Position numbers and translations under genes: made by a program. From contig NC_043013.1 of the NCBI RefSeq assembly GCF_006345805.1, forward strand, positions 51,956,001 through 52,020,000: a stretch of 64,000 nucleotides of DNA, in the 5' to 3' direction. Below the pieces are notes generated by a model that saw nothing but the letters and a program-made list of their open reading frames with translations, was not told the origin of the DNA and ran no database searches. This stretch comes from Octopus sinensis (taxonomy: Eukaryota). Shown in pieces: positions 51,472 through 64,000 of this stretch. Each line of letters starts with the position of its first letter. Position 1 is the first letter of the stretch.

Positions 51472-53279
51472 GCTCAACATGTAACAGAGTGTATTGCTTA
51501 GAAGCTGGTGATGAAGTAGTGTTTATCATTAGGGCTGTTGAAAATAAAAACATTCGTTATATAAGCCTGAATCAAGATGAGGGTATGAGAAATTGATGCC
51601 TTTTCCCATGGAATTAACATGAAATAGGGAAATACCACAGACTTGGTAAGACAATAGTTGTCTCCCCTGGAACAGTACTCGCGTATTAGACCCGTCACTA
51701 TAACCTGTTAGAAATAGCAGTCAAATTTACTTCGAAACAGCGTGTTATCTCCAAGAAGTTAATATCTGGTTTCCAACTACCATGGCTGAAACCTTCTTTG
51801 GTCATAGAACTGCTTGATAATGGATCACTTAGAACTAAATAACAACTTCGTAATATCTTATTTGTTGGAGCAATTAATCCCCTTCTTTCCGTTCCAGTGA
51901 CTTTGATGCGGTTAAAGTTCGATGTTTATTTGTAAGAGTGTGGAACCGCCTCTTGGCAGTTACTGTCTCCAAGTGTACGTTGACGTGGAGTAGTAGCACC
52001 TGTCATGGTTCCAGCCATGGGTTAATTTGTATAAGAGGGCTTGCCAAACCCCATGCTTGTGAAGGCTGGATCCAGCAGCCTTTGAAGAAGAAACTCTCAT
52101 TGCTTAACAGAAAGTAAGGCAGCTGGCAGAATCGTTAGCACGCCGGGCGAAATGCTCAGCGGTATTTCGTCTGCCGCTACGTTCTGAGTTCAAATTCCGC
52201 CGAGGTCGATTTTGCCTTTCATCCTTTTGGGGTCAATTAAATAAATACCAGTTGTGCACTGGCGTCGATATAATCAATTTAATCCGTTTGTCTGTCCTTG
52301 TTTCTCCCCTCTGTGTTTGGCCCCTTGTGGGTAGGAAAGAAATAAGAAAGTAAAGCAGCTGCAGCAACGCATTATGAAGCAGAGAGAGAGAGCGAAACGA
52401 AGCCGGTGAGACATGGAAGACGGTCTGGGATTAAACAATGGAATCGACGGGGAGCAACTCTTTTTCACTTCAAACAAAGTTATCACGCAAGTCATCAGTT
52501 ATCCATTATGATGACTTGATGGTCTTCATTACTCCAACAGACAAACCTGATGACTTGTAGTCATCTGCTGTCAACGTATTTATAAAGTTCCCTTTTCCCT
52601 AAGTTGTTTTCTGACCCTAGCCTACTCCTATTTATTTTTTATCGTTTCTCCACGTACAGACCTACGTATTACACTACATGTGGGTTCACACGTGCAGTAT
52701 TATACTTGATAATTAATAAACACTGCAGAAAAGGAGACGGGCTGGCAGAATTGTTAGCATGCCGGGCGAAATGCTTAGCGGTATTTCGTCTGTCCTTACG
52801 TTCTGAGTTCAATTTCCGTCGAAGTCAACTTTGCTTTTCACCCTTTCGAGGTCGATAAAATAAGTACCGGTGGAGCACTAGGGTTTGATGTAACCGACTT
52901 CGCCCCTTCCCCAGAAATGCTGGCCTTGTACCAGGATCTGTAGGTGCAATGATAAAGAACCAACATGTAGCCCTGCTCTGTCAGTATGCATGCATGCACA
53001 CATGCACAACACAATGCATGTATGCATGAACACACACACACACACACAGAGTAGGAACTGAGAGGAGCTGGACAGGTGAAGAGCGGAGTGATGTGTGGAG
53101 TGGATGCAGCATGCAGCTTGATAATATACAGGGAGTTCAGGCTTAAATTTGAGGAAGAGCTTGATAAATTGGTGAACAGGCAACAGCATTGGAGAGCATA
53201 AAGATAAAAGTTACAATTGATAAAAAGTCAGCAGACATAGACGACTAGAAGCAACCTGAATATTGGAAAAGAAATACCT

Positions 53280-53610
53280 GTATCATGATTTGAGCTGGGC
53301 ATCAAAATGTTGACATCATTATGGCTGCTCAATGCCCTGTGAATGCTGTAAAGGTTGTAAGATGTGACATGGACAGCTGCAACCAAGAATAAAGAGTAGT
53401 GGCCAACAGGTGGTCTGAGTGCATCTGTATGCCAGAATTCATCCAACAACTACAGGACAAAGTGATGGAAGATCCAAGCAAAGGAATCCAAGATTTAGTG
53501 AGGCACTGAGTGTTGGGGTCACCAAGAGACACAATGAGGAGTGCATGTACCAAGTTCCAGAACCATTTTGAGGCCATGCTGGAAGCTGAAAGCAGCTACT
53601 TTGAGTAAAT
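53280..53610 (+). mobile_element. Internally deleted maT-like derivative
   Basis: N-terminal PEFIQQLQDKVMEDPSKGI joined to C-terminal RDTMRSACTKFQNHFEAMLEAESSYFE*. Confidence 0.6.
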
Positions 53611-53730
53611 TTTTATCTCTTAGCCATAATCTAGTTGATATTTTTTGATTCTTTTAAAATACTTTTATTTTTATTTTCCTTTTATTCAAACAGTCAAATT
53701 TAACCCAAACACCCTATGTGTGTGTGTGTG

Positions 53731-53761
<31 letters not shown>

Positions 53762-55409
53762 TCAGCCCATTGAAAAGTACCCTTGATGCGTCGGGTGATA
53801 TGATATGCTTCAGAAGACGTGTTGAGTCAAGTAAAACCAAAATCATAGCTGTGGCCAGTGCCCCCTGACTGGCTCCCATGCCAGTGGCGCATAAAAAGCA
53901 CTATCCGAATGCAATCTATATCAGGGTCACCTGACTGGCTCCTTTGCTGGTGGCACGTAAAAAGCGCCATCTGAACATGATCGATGCTAGGGCCGCCTGA
54001 CTGGCTTCTGTGCCAGTGGCATGTAAAAAGCATCATCCAGACGTGGCTGATACCAGTGCTTGATGACTGGCTCGTGTGCCTGTGGTACATAAAAAGCATC
54101 ATCTGAACATGATTGATACCAGGCCTGCCTGACTGGCTCCTGTGCCAGTGGCACATAAAGAGCACCCGCTACACTCTCAGGGTAGTTACTGTTAGGAAGG
54201 ACATCCAGCTGTAGAAACATTGCAAGATCAGATTGGAGCCTGGTGCAGTCGCTGGCTTTCCAAACCTCAGTCAAACCATCCAACCTATGCCAGCATGAAA
54301 AATGGATGTTAAACGATGATGATGATGATGATTGTTGTGACATAATTTGTTACATACAATAAATAAGACAACCAGACAACAGTAAAAACATTGCAACGAA
54401 CTAACAAATCTCTTCACAAACCAACAATCAATATTCCTTGTGAACTAACACTTTCCAACTTCACAGCGAACCAACATGAATTTCACTCGACTCCAACTCC
54501 AAAATCTGAACTCTCTCGGATCGTTACTATTTATACTTTACTTGGATGAGTCTATCTCTCGCAAAGGGGCATCATAACTCTCATCACAACATATATATAT
54601 AAATATAAATATATATATATATATTATATATATTATATATATATAAATAAATATATATATGAATTTTTTGCATAATGAGATAAAAAACCAAGGCTGTATA
54701 GATACTAGAGCATTTATAGATAGAAGGTCTTACAGCTGTTTCTAGAATATTAATAAATAATAAGATCCCCTCATCAGAGATGGTGTGAGAGGAAAAGTTA
54801 AGTCATAGTTAGTTTCGATGTGATATATATATTATATATATATATACGAGCAAAACGCACCCCCGTCCGATGAGTGGTGCTGAGTTGTTAAACATTTAAA
54901 CCAAATTTTCTCAAAACAACTTGTCCGACCATCCCATAGGCCTCCCCTTTGAGAAATACTGATTTAACCTAAATTTGAGACACCAGCAAAAGAAGAAATA
55001 AAGATAGACTTTTTTTTCTATTCCAAAGAAAAACGATTTTATTCACACAAATATGCAATCGAAGAGTTTAAAGTACCAGTAATGATAAGGCTGTTGACTG
55101 GGAGAACACAAACATGGTTTAAACAGTAAACTTGGCAGGAGAGAAACGTGCCTTTAAGCAGTACATAAACAACAAAAAAATGGAAGGTGCAGTTATGTAC
55201 AGGTTGACAGAAGAAAAGCAAGACAAAAACGGCTTTATCAATCGCATTCTCACCTGGAATCGTTTTTTATAATTTTTACAAGACTTCTACAGGTCCTGAC
55301 ACCGTTGGTATCTACATATCAAATTTGACCGCAATTGGATGGAGGATACCCGAGATCCAAGCAGACAGACAGACAAAATGGATTTTATATAAGATATATA
55401 TTATATAGG

Positions 55410-55498
<89 letters not shown>

Positions 55499-55501
55499 AT
55501 G

Positions 55502-55558
<57 letters not shown>

Positions 55559-55586
55559 AGTATATATATATATATTATATATATTA

Positions 55587-55641
<55 letters not shown>

Positions 55642-55914
55642 CTTGAATAAGTTTGAGTCAATTAAAAGGAGTACAGAGGAACATTTATTTGTAATTACTA
55701 CAATTGTTTCCACACAATGTAGTTCTGCAGGCTCACAAGCATTTGGTTATGTAACCATTTCCCTGCATTATAAGATCTTGTTGTGTTACATCAGATGATA
55801 TATAAATATTGTTTCTGTGTACCATAAACTCAAAGTTTTGGCTTCAACCACATCCTTTGTCTGCCATAGTTATAAATGGAAGCAGTAACCACTCACTATA
55901 TCAAAATGTGTGTC

Positions 55915-55949
<35 letters not shown>

Positions 55950-56065
55950 TATATAATATATATATATATATATATATATTGTATACAAGATCATGGGTAA
56001 GGCCAAAACAATGCGAAGTAGATGCAAAGTAAATGCAAGGTAAATCAGACAGGTAGACAGGCAGG

Positions 56066-56118
<53 letters not shown>

Positions 56119-56631
56119 GAACAAATTGATTGATAGATAGTTAGATAGATAAATAGATATATATATAAGTTTCTTTATTGTGCACACAGATGGGACAAGT
56201 TACAAGGTAGAGCTTTTCTGTTGGGGGATGAAAAAAACAAAAAACAAAAAAAAAAAAAAAAAAATGGTGGCATAGGTTTTCGATGAAGAGGGATCGTAAA
56301 AGGGAAGAAAAGAACAAAAAATAAAAAAAAGAAGAAGAAAAAAAAGAAAAAAAGGAAAAGGAACAAAAGAAAAGAGAAATGAAAAAAAGTAAAAAGGGGA
56401 AAAAAAAGAGGGAAGAGGAAAAAAAACGATCAATAGGGATCATGTATCACAGTGTTATTATGTATGGTGTAAAGGGGAAAGCAAGTAAGGTTTATCCATG
56501 GGAAGAAAAGCCTACGAAAAAGACCACAGTAACCTTGGTCAATATTGTTATATGTTACCACATTTGTTTGCAAGTGGGTAACCCTCTGTTTTAGATAGAT
56601 AGAGAGACAGATAGATAGATAGATAGGTAGG

Positions 56632-56717
<86 letters not shown>

Positions 56718-57037
56718 TACCTGATTTCTATTTGTGTCTCATTTTGTTTACTTATATATATCACATCACATTATGTTCCATAATATTGAATTAGAAACCA
56801 TCACATTCTATTATATTATAGCCTTGTTATATGCTATATTATATTTACTTTCTCTTGAATTCCGAATAATTTGATTTTATATTCGGACTTATTCAGCACT
56901 TTAGTAAACTCTGCACGAAAATATATTTTTGTTGAATTTGGGAAATGTGTGTGTGTGTATGTGTGTGTGTGTGTGTACATATGTATGTTTTTATATATAC
57001 GTATATATATATATGTATATATAAATACATACATCCT

Positions 57038-57081
<44 letters not shown>

Positions 57082-57619
57082 CCTTTTCGCGACCGTTGCC
57101 AGCACCGCCCCGTTTCGTTGTCCGTTGCCAGCCTCGCCTGGCCCTCGTGCCGGTGGCACATAAAAAGCACCATCCATTCGTGGCCGTTTGCCAGCTCTGT
57201 CTGGCACCAGTGCGGGTGGCACGTAAAAAGCACCCACTACACTCACGGAGTGGTTGGCGTTAGGAAGGGCATCCAGCCGTAGAAACACTGCCAGATTTGA
57301 CTGGGCCTGATGAAGCCTTCTGGCTTCACAGACCCCAGTAGAACCGTCCAACCCATGCTAGCATGGAAAACGGACGCTAAATGATGATGATGATGATGAT
57401 GATTGGAATGTATGAATGTATATTGTGTGTGTGCATACAGACGCAAATGTATTTGTATACTTTATATACACATACACACACGTATATACACACATGTGTA
57501 TATGTGTGTGTGTGTACATGCGTGTGTGTGTGTGTGCTACAATATATAACGCTTCACTAGATTTGGCAGATTGTTTTATTAAATCAACTTCACCAACAGA
57601 CTGGACGGACAACCGGCAA

Positions 57620-58299
57620 CCACACCACCGCCATCACCACCACCACCACAATAATCATCACCATCATCACCACCACCACCACCATCATCATCACCACAAT
57701 CATCATCATCATAATCATCACCACCACCACCACACCATAATCATCATCATCATTACCACCAACTCAACCACCACCATCACCACCACCACCACCACCACTA
57801 CTACTTCTAACCTTACAACTACTTACAGCCATCACTACCACTATCACTGCTACAACCAACACCACAACAAGTATTACTAAGAAAACTGCTACCACCACCA
57901 CCACCACCACCACCACCACCACGCCTCTACAACTAACACCACTACCAACAAAACACGATGACCACCACTACCATTGCTAACACTACAACTACTATGGCCA
58001 CTACCACCACCACCACAACAGAATTATCCTTACCCCCATTACTACTGACTAAAACACCATTACCACTAGCACTAACACCAATACTACAACCACCACCACT
58101 ACCACCTCTACCACTATCAGTGCCAGCACTAACAGCACCACCTCCACCATCACTACCACCGCCTCCACTCCGACACCATCATCCTATCATCGCCAATATT
58201 GTACGTTCCCACCACCAACACTACCACCACCATCACCACTTTCAATATCACAACCATCGCTACCACCACCCCAACTACCACTGCTACTACTGCTGCTCT

Positions 58300-58334
<35 letters not shown>

Positions 58335-58452
58335 ATTATGCTACAACCACAATGTCACTACCACTATACCACTACCACCACCACTACATCCTCTACCATC
58401 TGACCCACATCTCATCTCATAAACAATTTATTGTTGCCAAAATCAATGATGG

Positions 58453-58507
<55 letters not shown>

Positions 58508-58594
58508 GGTGGTGTAGTGGTGGTGGTGGTGGTGGTGGTGGTGGTGGTGGTGGTGGTGATGACAATGATGATGTTGAGGAGTAGGAGGAAAATT

Positions 58595-58630
<36 letters not shown>
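57620..58630. repeat. Long (ACC/ACT/ATC)n tract followed by the complementary (GAT/GGT)n tract
   Basis: Directly visible; polarity switches near 58400-58445. Confidence 0.9.
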
Positions 58631-58632
<2 letters not shown>

Positions 58633-59239
58633 TTAAATGATAATGCTGGCGATGTCTTTAACAAAACCCTCAGCGCAAATAACAACAACAGCAACAGCAA
58701 AGCAGGACCTTATTGAAACCACAGCTGACTGTCTTAAAAGAAAAACATAAAGGTCACATCAGATAATGTAGTCCTATATACACTGTGCCTGAAAAATGGC
58801 AAGGTATTTAGATTGGACTGTCTGTAGTCATAAATCTCCTGGATCAGGGCCAACCTGGGGCTAAACAATAACTGCAGCACTTTACTAACTAAAATCATCT
58901 TTCTTGCATTGGGCCCTAAATGCCTCAACAGAATAAGGGACATGGCACTTATGACGCACAGATAGGTTTGGACCTGATGGAATCCACCATTCTCCAGAGG
59001 TGACCAGAGCTAATCTTTTGAGGAAGAGAGAAAGACAGACAGAAAGAGTGCAAGAAGGACAAGAATCAACTCCAGAACAGAATTGGTACTTTTTGACCCC
59101 TAAAAGGATGAAATGCAAATTTGACCTGGGTAAGATTTGAACTCAGGGTACAGTGATTGCCACAAGGCAATCTAACCAATGCTCTACAGTCTCTGCCCGT
59201 TGATCCTGACAACTAATATTAGCTCATTAGTCAGTTTCT

Positions 59240-59420
59240 CTCCATGTCATGAGGCACATTGTGCCATAACACAATCTCTCCAGCCAGCTCTGCTTTTTAC
59301 CACTGTTCTAGTCCCATTCCAGCTTCTCCACCCTTCCTATCTCCTTTCCTTTTCAATGATCCTTCGACATGTGGTTTTAAGGTGCCCTGCTGCTCTTTTC
59401 CCATTAGTGCCACCATACAT
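59240..59420 (-). mobile_element. RTE LINE 3' end remnant; another family's 3' end at about 62130-62360(+)
   Basis: Minus strand: KTTCRRIIEKERR*EGWRSWNGTRT..AGWRDCVMAQCASWHGE. At 62240: KTWDKVVKHEL..LGLTDAMTSDRDLWRYA. Confidence 0.65.
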
Positions 59421-59866
59421 TCACTTTCTCAATCTTGTCTGTCCAATTGAGTTCCAGCATCCGCATCTTATTTCACCACTGACCCTGAAGACACCTGTTG
59501 TCATCTCATTTGTGTCGTTTCAGACTCCTTGCAGTCACCTGATGTCAAGTATTCTTCTTAAACATGTAAATTGGAAGCTGTTACTACACATTAAATAATT
59601 TAGTCCTAGATAAACAATGTCTCAAAAAAAAAACTGCCAGGATTGTCACAGCTGGAATGTCTTTACTCTTTTACTTGTTTCTGTCATTTGACAGTGGCTA
59701 TGCTGGAGCACCACCTTTAGTCGAGCAAATTGACCCTAGGACTTATTCTTTGTAAGCCTACTACTTATTCTATCGGTCTCTTTTGCCAATCTGCTAAGTT
59801 ACGGGGATGTAAACACACCAGCATCGGTTGTCAAGCGATATTGGGGCAACAAACACTGGCACACAA

Positions 59867-59911
<45 letters not shown>

Positions 59912-60488
59912 ACACATATATATTATATATATATATACATATATATGACAGGCTTCTTTCAGTTTCCATCTACCAAATCCACTCACAAGGCTTTGGTCGG
60001 CCCGAGGCTATAGTAGAAGACACTTGCCCAAGGTGCCATGCAGTGGGACTGAACCCGGAACCATGTGGTTCATAAGCAAGCTACTTACCACACAGCAGCC
60101 ACTCCTCTTTGATCATAAGTATTGCAGGACCTTAGCTAACCTGGGACTAAACAACAACTGGTATAAATCAACAACTGGTATATACCATTCACCCAAACCA
60201 TGACCTCTGCCCTCCATGTGTAACTCCAGGGCATGCGCAGGGTGCAATGTTACATGATCTGCTAGAAAAAATAGCCAAATCACCCTCAAGTCACACTGTA
60301 GTGATCTCACAAAATTCTGTCAACTGCTGTATTTTCCTCTTCATGGTACATCAGGTTATTATCAAACAATTTGATTTATACAGTTCTATATTTAAGAGAT
60401 GAGGAATTATGATTATTATTAACATTATTTACATTCGACAGATATTTGTCCTCATCTTGTTTGTTAATAATGTAAATAATTTGGTTTA

Positions 60489-60992
60489 CCGTAAATCCTC
60501 GAGTATAATCAACATTTTTTTCCCAAAATTAAAAGGTCATAATCCCTTGTGCATACTAAACACGAGGTTAAAAATGAAAAATATTTCCTAAGCAAAGTCT
60601 GAGTCTCTATTTGCTGTCCGGCAATGTTTATTCAGATGCATTTTGTGATATTGGGCGTGAAAATACCTTAAGCTAAGCCTGAAAGCAATGAAGTCATAAA
60701 AGAATCATCCATAACTTGCAGTAAGCAACATTTATTACAATAAAAGTATTCAGAACACAGAATAACATGTAGCAAAAACAATTTGCAAACATATTTACAT
60801 TCCCATATAACAGTTAAGAACATCACCATTATTGTATTACGCATGCGTGGAAATGTTTGTTCGACTGGGTGCTGCTGGCTTAATTACACACGACTTAAGT
60901 TAGAGAAGGAGTGCGTATTATACACAAGGTTTAGGTTTTTTAGAGGTACATCCCCTAAAAATCTCCTGCGTATTATACTCAAGGATTTACGG
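60489..60992. mobile_element. Tc2/pogo-type non-autonomous element
   Basis: TA|CCGTAAATCCTCGAGTATAA ... TTATACTCAAGGATTTACGG|TA. Confidence 0.8.
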
Positions 60993-61579
60993 TATGTCTG
61001 AAGAAAATTTCCCCAACCGAGGCCTGCCATCAGATGATAATACAAAGGTTCAAACACAAGGTCCTCTCAGGAGCTTGGTAGTCTTAACAGAGGGTATATT
61101 ATCTCATATCCACTTTACCACTACTCTACCATAATTCGTGACTGGTACACCTGGGTGAGAGCAGGATTTTTAGGGGCACCTGTCTGAAATGTCTGATATC
61201 CAGTTTGAAGGAATTGAGGTAGTGGTTAGTGACAAGTGAGGAATTGTAGTTTCAACTTCCACCTCTTCCTATTCCTTCTCTTCCCTTTCCTCAATCACCA
61301 CCATTACCATTTTCAACACCCCTCCTCCTCCACCACTACCACCACTTCCCCCATCTTCCCCACTGCCCCATCATCATCACCACCGTCCCCTCCACTGACA
61401 ACCAAACCAGACCAAATGAAAGGAAACTAACACACATTGCCACCATGTTAAAAATATGGGTTGTCCTTTTTTCTAGTTCCCGGCCAGCACTGATTGCACA
61501 AACTTATGATAAAAGACATTCCAGCCATGACTATCCTGTCTTTGTTTAAGTTACAATGATAGTGCATGTCCTTGTTTAA

Positions 61580-61800
61580 CCCTTTCGTTATGAACCTGGC
61601 TGAAACCATTTCTGGCTCTGAGGACAAATGCCTTGTTTTCATAAGTTCTGAATTAAAATCTCCCACCAAACCTTAGTCACAATTTATGTCCCTAACACTA
61701 GCTGAATGATAACAAAGTTATTTTACTAAATTCTTTGTTATATTTAAGATTAATTGAAAGAAACACAAAGCATCTTGAAATAAATACAGTAACGAAAGAG
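61580..61800. mobile_element. piggyBac-type MITE
   Basis: TTAA|ccctttcgtta ... taacgaaagag|TTAA; same terminus as the remnant ending at 33229. Confidence 0.75.
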
Positions 61801-62789
61801 TTAAGATATGACAATACATAGGGCTACATTATAACTGAAGACACACATCAATATGATAGAGATTTGGCTGCTATTTTTAGCAAGCCAAAGCTCTTCTTGT
61901 TATCTGCATACTTCTGGGATACTAACTGTTGAGTGATTGTACAAAATAATATGCAATATTTAGTTGCCTCCTTTTATGTTCCAAGTTCAAATGCTATCTT
62001 AGAAAAGATTAGAATCTATTATATACCTTTCATTCAGTTCTTATTAATTCAGTTTTCTGAGTTGTCTGCCTTGGCTATCTTGACAAGAATTTTCATTGAG
62101 GCAAACAGTCTTCTCTCCAGTAGAGGTGTATAGAACAGCATAACCAGTCATTACCCTTGGGCAAATATGGCTTGGTAACATGTACCAAGGACAGCTGTAT
62201 GAAGAAATGCTAATCTCTAATGGAGGAGGGAACCTGTGGAAGACATGGGACAAGGTGGTGAAGCATGAGCTTTGTACCTTGGGTCTCACAGATGCAATGA
62301 CAAGTGACCGAGACCTTTGGCGATATGCCAGGCTTGAGAAGACCCATCAAGCCAAGTGAAATCAGTGTCGTGAGACTGGCACATAAGAAGCACCCTTCGA
62401 ATGCTGGGCGATAATGTTGTGCTTAAGAAGACCCGACAAGCCAAGTGAAAACCAAAACAAAACAAAAAAAAACAAACAAGACACCTGATGAAGGCTGGAG
62501 GGAAATCAGCTGAAATGTGTTAACGACAAACAAGATGAGGCCAAATATCTGTCAAATGTAAATGATGTAAATAATGTACGTAATTCCTCATCTCTTAAAT
62601 AGAGAACTGTATGTAAAACTCTGTTATTACTATTAGCAAATGAAATGTGTAATGGTGAACAAATAACATCAATAGATTTCCAACTTCCTTTTTGTAATGT
62701 GTGTGTGTGTGTTGTTGTTGTCGTTGTTGTTCCCATATGTCGTTCATTGACAACCACATATATCCTCATAATTTCTGAGCAATATTCAT

Positions 62790-63130
62790 TGTTCATCTGG
62801 TAGGTGAACTTACAGTTTCAATATTGCAGGTGCTCTTTCATGAATTAAAAATTCCTAAAACGGATGCAACTGCTTCAGATGGTCCAGTATATCCACTCAT
62901 GAGATATTGCCTTATTTTGTTATCATTGTTTATCTGAGCACCAGCTTGGTCGTTTCTTTTCTGCGTGGACTTGATGATGTACGTAATTGACATCACTGAG
63001 GCAACAGTCTCAACATTGCAGTGGCATTTGAATGCTCTGAAAAGAGTTTCATTATAAGGTACAACCCACTTGTTCTTTGGCTTTCCATTCTTATGAGATT
63101 CACCTCCTCCCATTGCAACTGATCTTCGTC
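62790..63130 (-). mobile_element. Helitron Rep-helicase fragment
   Basis: NKWVVPYNETLFRAFKCHCNVETVASVMSITYI...KIRQYL..GYTGPSEA matches the Helitron motif WVVPYN..L...FNCHINVE...S..SIKY...EI..YL..RY..P.EA. Confidence 0.85.
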
Positions 63131-63394
63131 CATAAAGAGATCTTTCTGTTTTTCTGCCTTTTGATTAAGATGATAAAGATTAGCATTTTATTTTAAATAA
63201 AGTTGTAATATTCGTAGTAGTACTAGGCATAGGAATGGCTGTGTGGTAAGTAGCTTGCTTACCAACTACATGGTTCTGGGTTCAGTCCCACTGCATGGCA
63301 CCTTGGGCAAGTGTCTTCTACTATAGCCTCGGGCCGATCAAAGCCTTGTGAATGGATTTGGTAGATGGAAACTGAAAGAAGCCCGTCGTATATA

Positions 63395-63446
<52 letters not shown>

Positions 63447-63530
63447 AGTGTGTATATGTTTGTGTGTCTGTGTTTGTCACCCCACCCCCAACATCGCTTG
63501 ACAACCAATGCTGCTGTGTTTATGTCCCTG

Positions 63531-63642
63531 AAATTATCAATGGAGAAGAAGACCAAACTGAACTCCAGTCTGATCTACATGCTGTAAGCCATTGGGCTGA
63601 CAAAAAGGAAATGCAACTAAATGAGAGAAAATTTGAACTGAT
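63531..63642 (+). mobile_element. CR1/L2-like RT fragment inside a SINE
   Basis: INGEEDQTELQSDLHAVSHWADKKEMQLNERKFEL matches the CR1-type LQxDL..V..WA....M..N..K motif. Confidence 0.7.
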
Positions 63643-64000
63643 GGTTCTGCAAAAGAGACTGATAGAATAAGTACTAGGCTTACAAAGAATAAGTCCTGAG
63701 GTCGATTTGCTCAACTAAAGGTGGTGCTACAGCATGGCCACAGTCAAATGACTGAAACAAGTAAAAGAGTAAAAGAGTAAATTCCCCTTAAAAAAATTCA
63801 AGTACCCGTGATTCAAAAAATATCTCATAAAAATATAGGGAGAATTTCTATCTTTCAGTCCATGGCACTCCAAAAGTTGTATAAAAGATTAAGGGAATTA
63901 AAAGTAAGAAAAAAGGACAGATGGCAATAGCTGCGATGACGCTTTGAAATGTCGCTGCTGCATCTTAAAGGGAACGATGACTATTTTATTTGTAATCTTT

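Noticed and set aside
51470-51595. Frame CSTCNRVYCLEAGDEVVFIIRAVENKNIRYISLNQDEG with a gtatga donor, faintly C1q-like
   Set aside because: A stop lies immediately upstream, there is no credible acceptor, and the C1q terminal FSGF motif is absent.
51900-51933. 34-nt plus-strand micro-exon candidate (ttccgttccag|...|gtaaga)
   Set aside because: Splice-like signals alone occur often by chance in 64 kb, and no partner exons or recognisable peptide were found.
53830-54170. Regularly spaced repeats of about 55 bp that look like a CRISPR array
   Set aside because: Whole units resemble each other with no unique spacers, they sit inside a dispersed SINE-like family, there are no cas genes and the DNA is eukaryotic.
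57541-57600. Unique island SVGEVDLIKQSAKSSEALYI (minus strand) after a plausible acceptor
   Set aside because: The donor (gtagca) is poor, its phase does not fit the 56849-56910 candidate, and I recognise no homology.

Overview
This is AT-rich, microsatellite- and transposon-dense animal genomic DNA. The SINE, MITE and LINE families resemble those I recall from octopus genomes, so a coleoid cephalopod is the likely source (inference). One protein-coding gene could be rebuilt by hand: an ANKRD54-like ankyrin-repeat gene on the minus strand. Its coding exons are 35574-35751, 33786-33833, 30273-30371 and its twin 29075-29173, 26382-26453, 25026-25073, 22435-22559 and 21854-22024. All have GT-AG junctions with compatible phases, giving 246 aa with one copy of the twin exon and 279 aa with both; the start exon is unresolved. 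The rest is decayed Tc1/mariner, piggyBac, Helitron, RTE/CR1 and Penelope-like (PLE) elements, SINEs, MITEs and simple repeats. Main observations: (1) a near-identical 1.2-kb tandem duplication, bounded by (TA)n tracts, that copies a symmetric 99-nt exon encoding one ankyrin-repeat length; (2) a spacer-less 226-bp palindrome in the upstream intron; (3) a Tc1 transposase with an apparent GT-AG intron just after its first catalytic Asp; (4) four sequence-unrelated repeats sharing a minimal hammerhead-ribozyme-like fold. Almost all long ORFs in the supplied track are microsatellite artefacts. Scattered 1-nt indels suggest residual assembly errors, so duplications and frameshifts need read-level checks. 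Repeat boundaries are approximate unless a TIR or splice site is cited.
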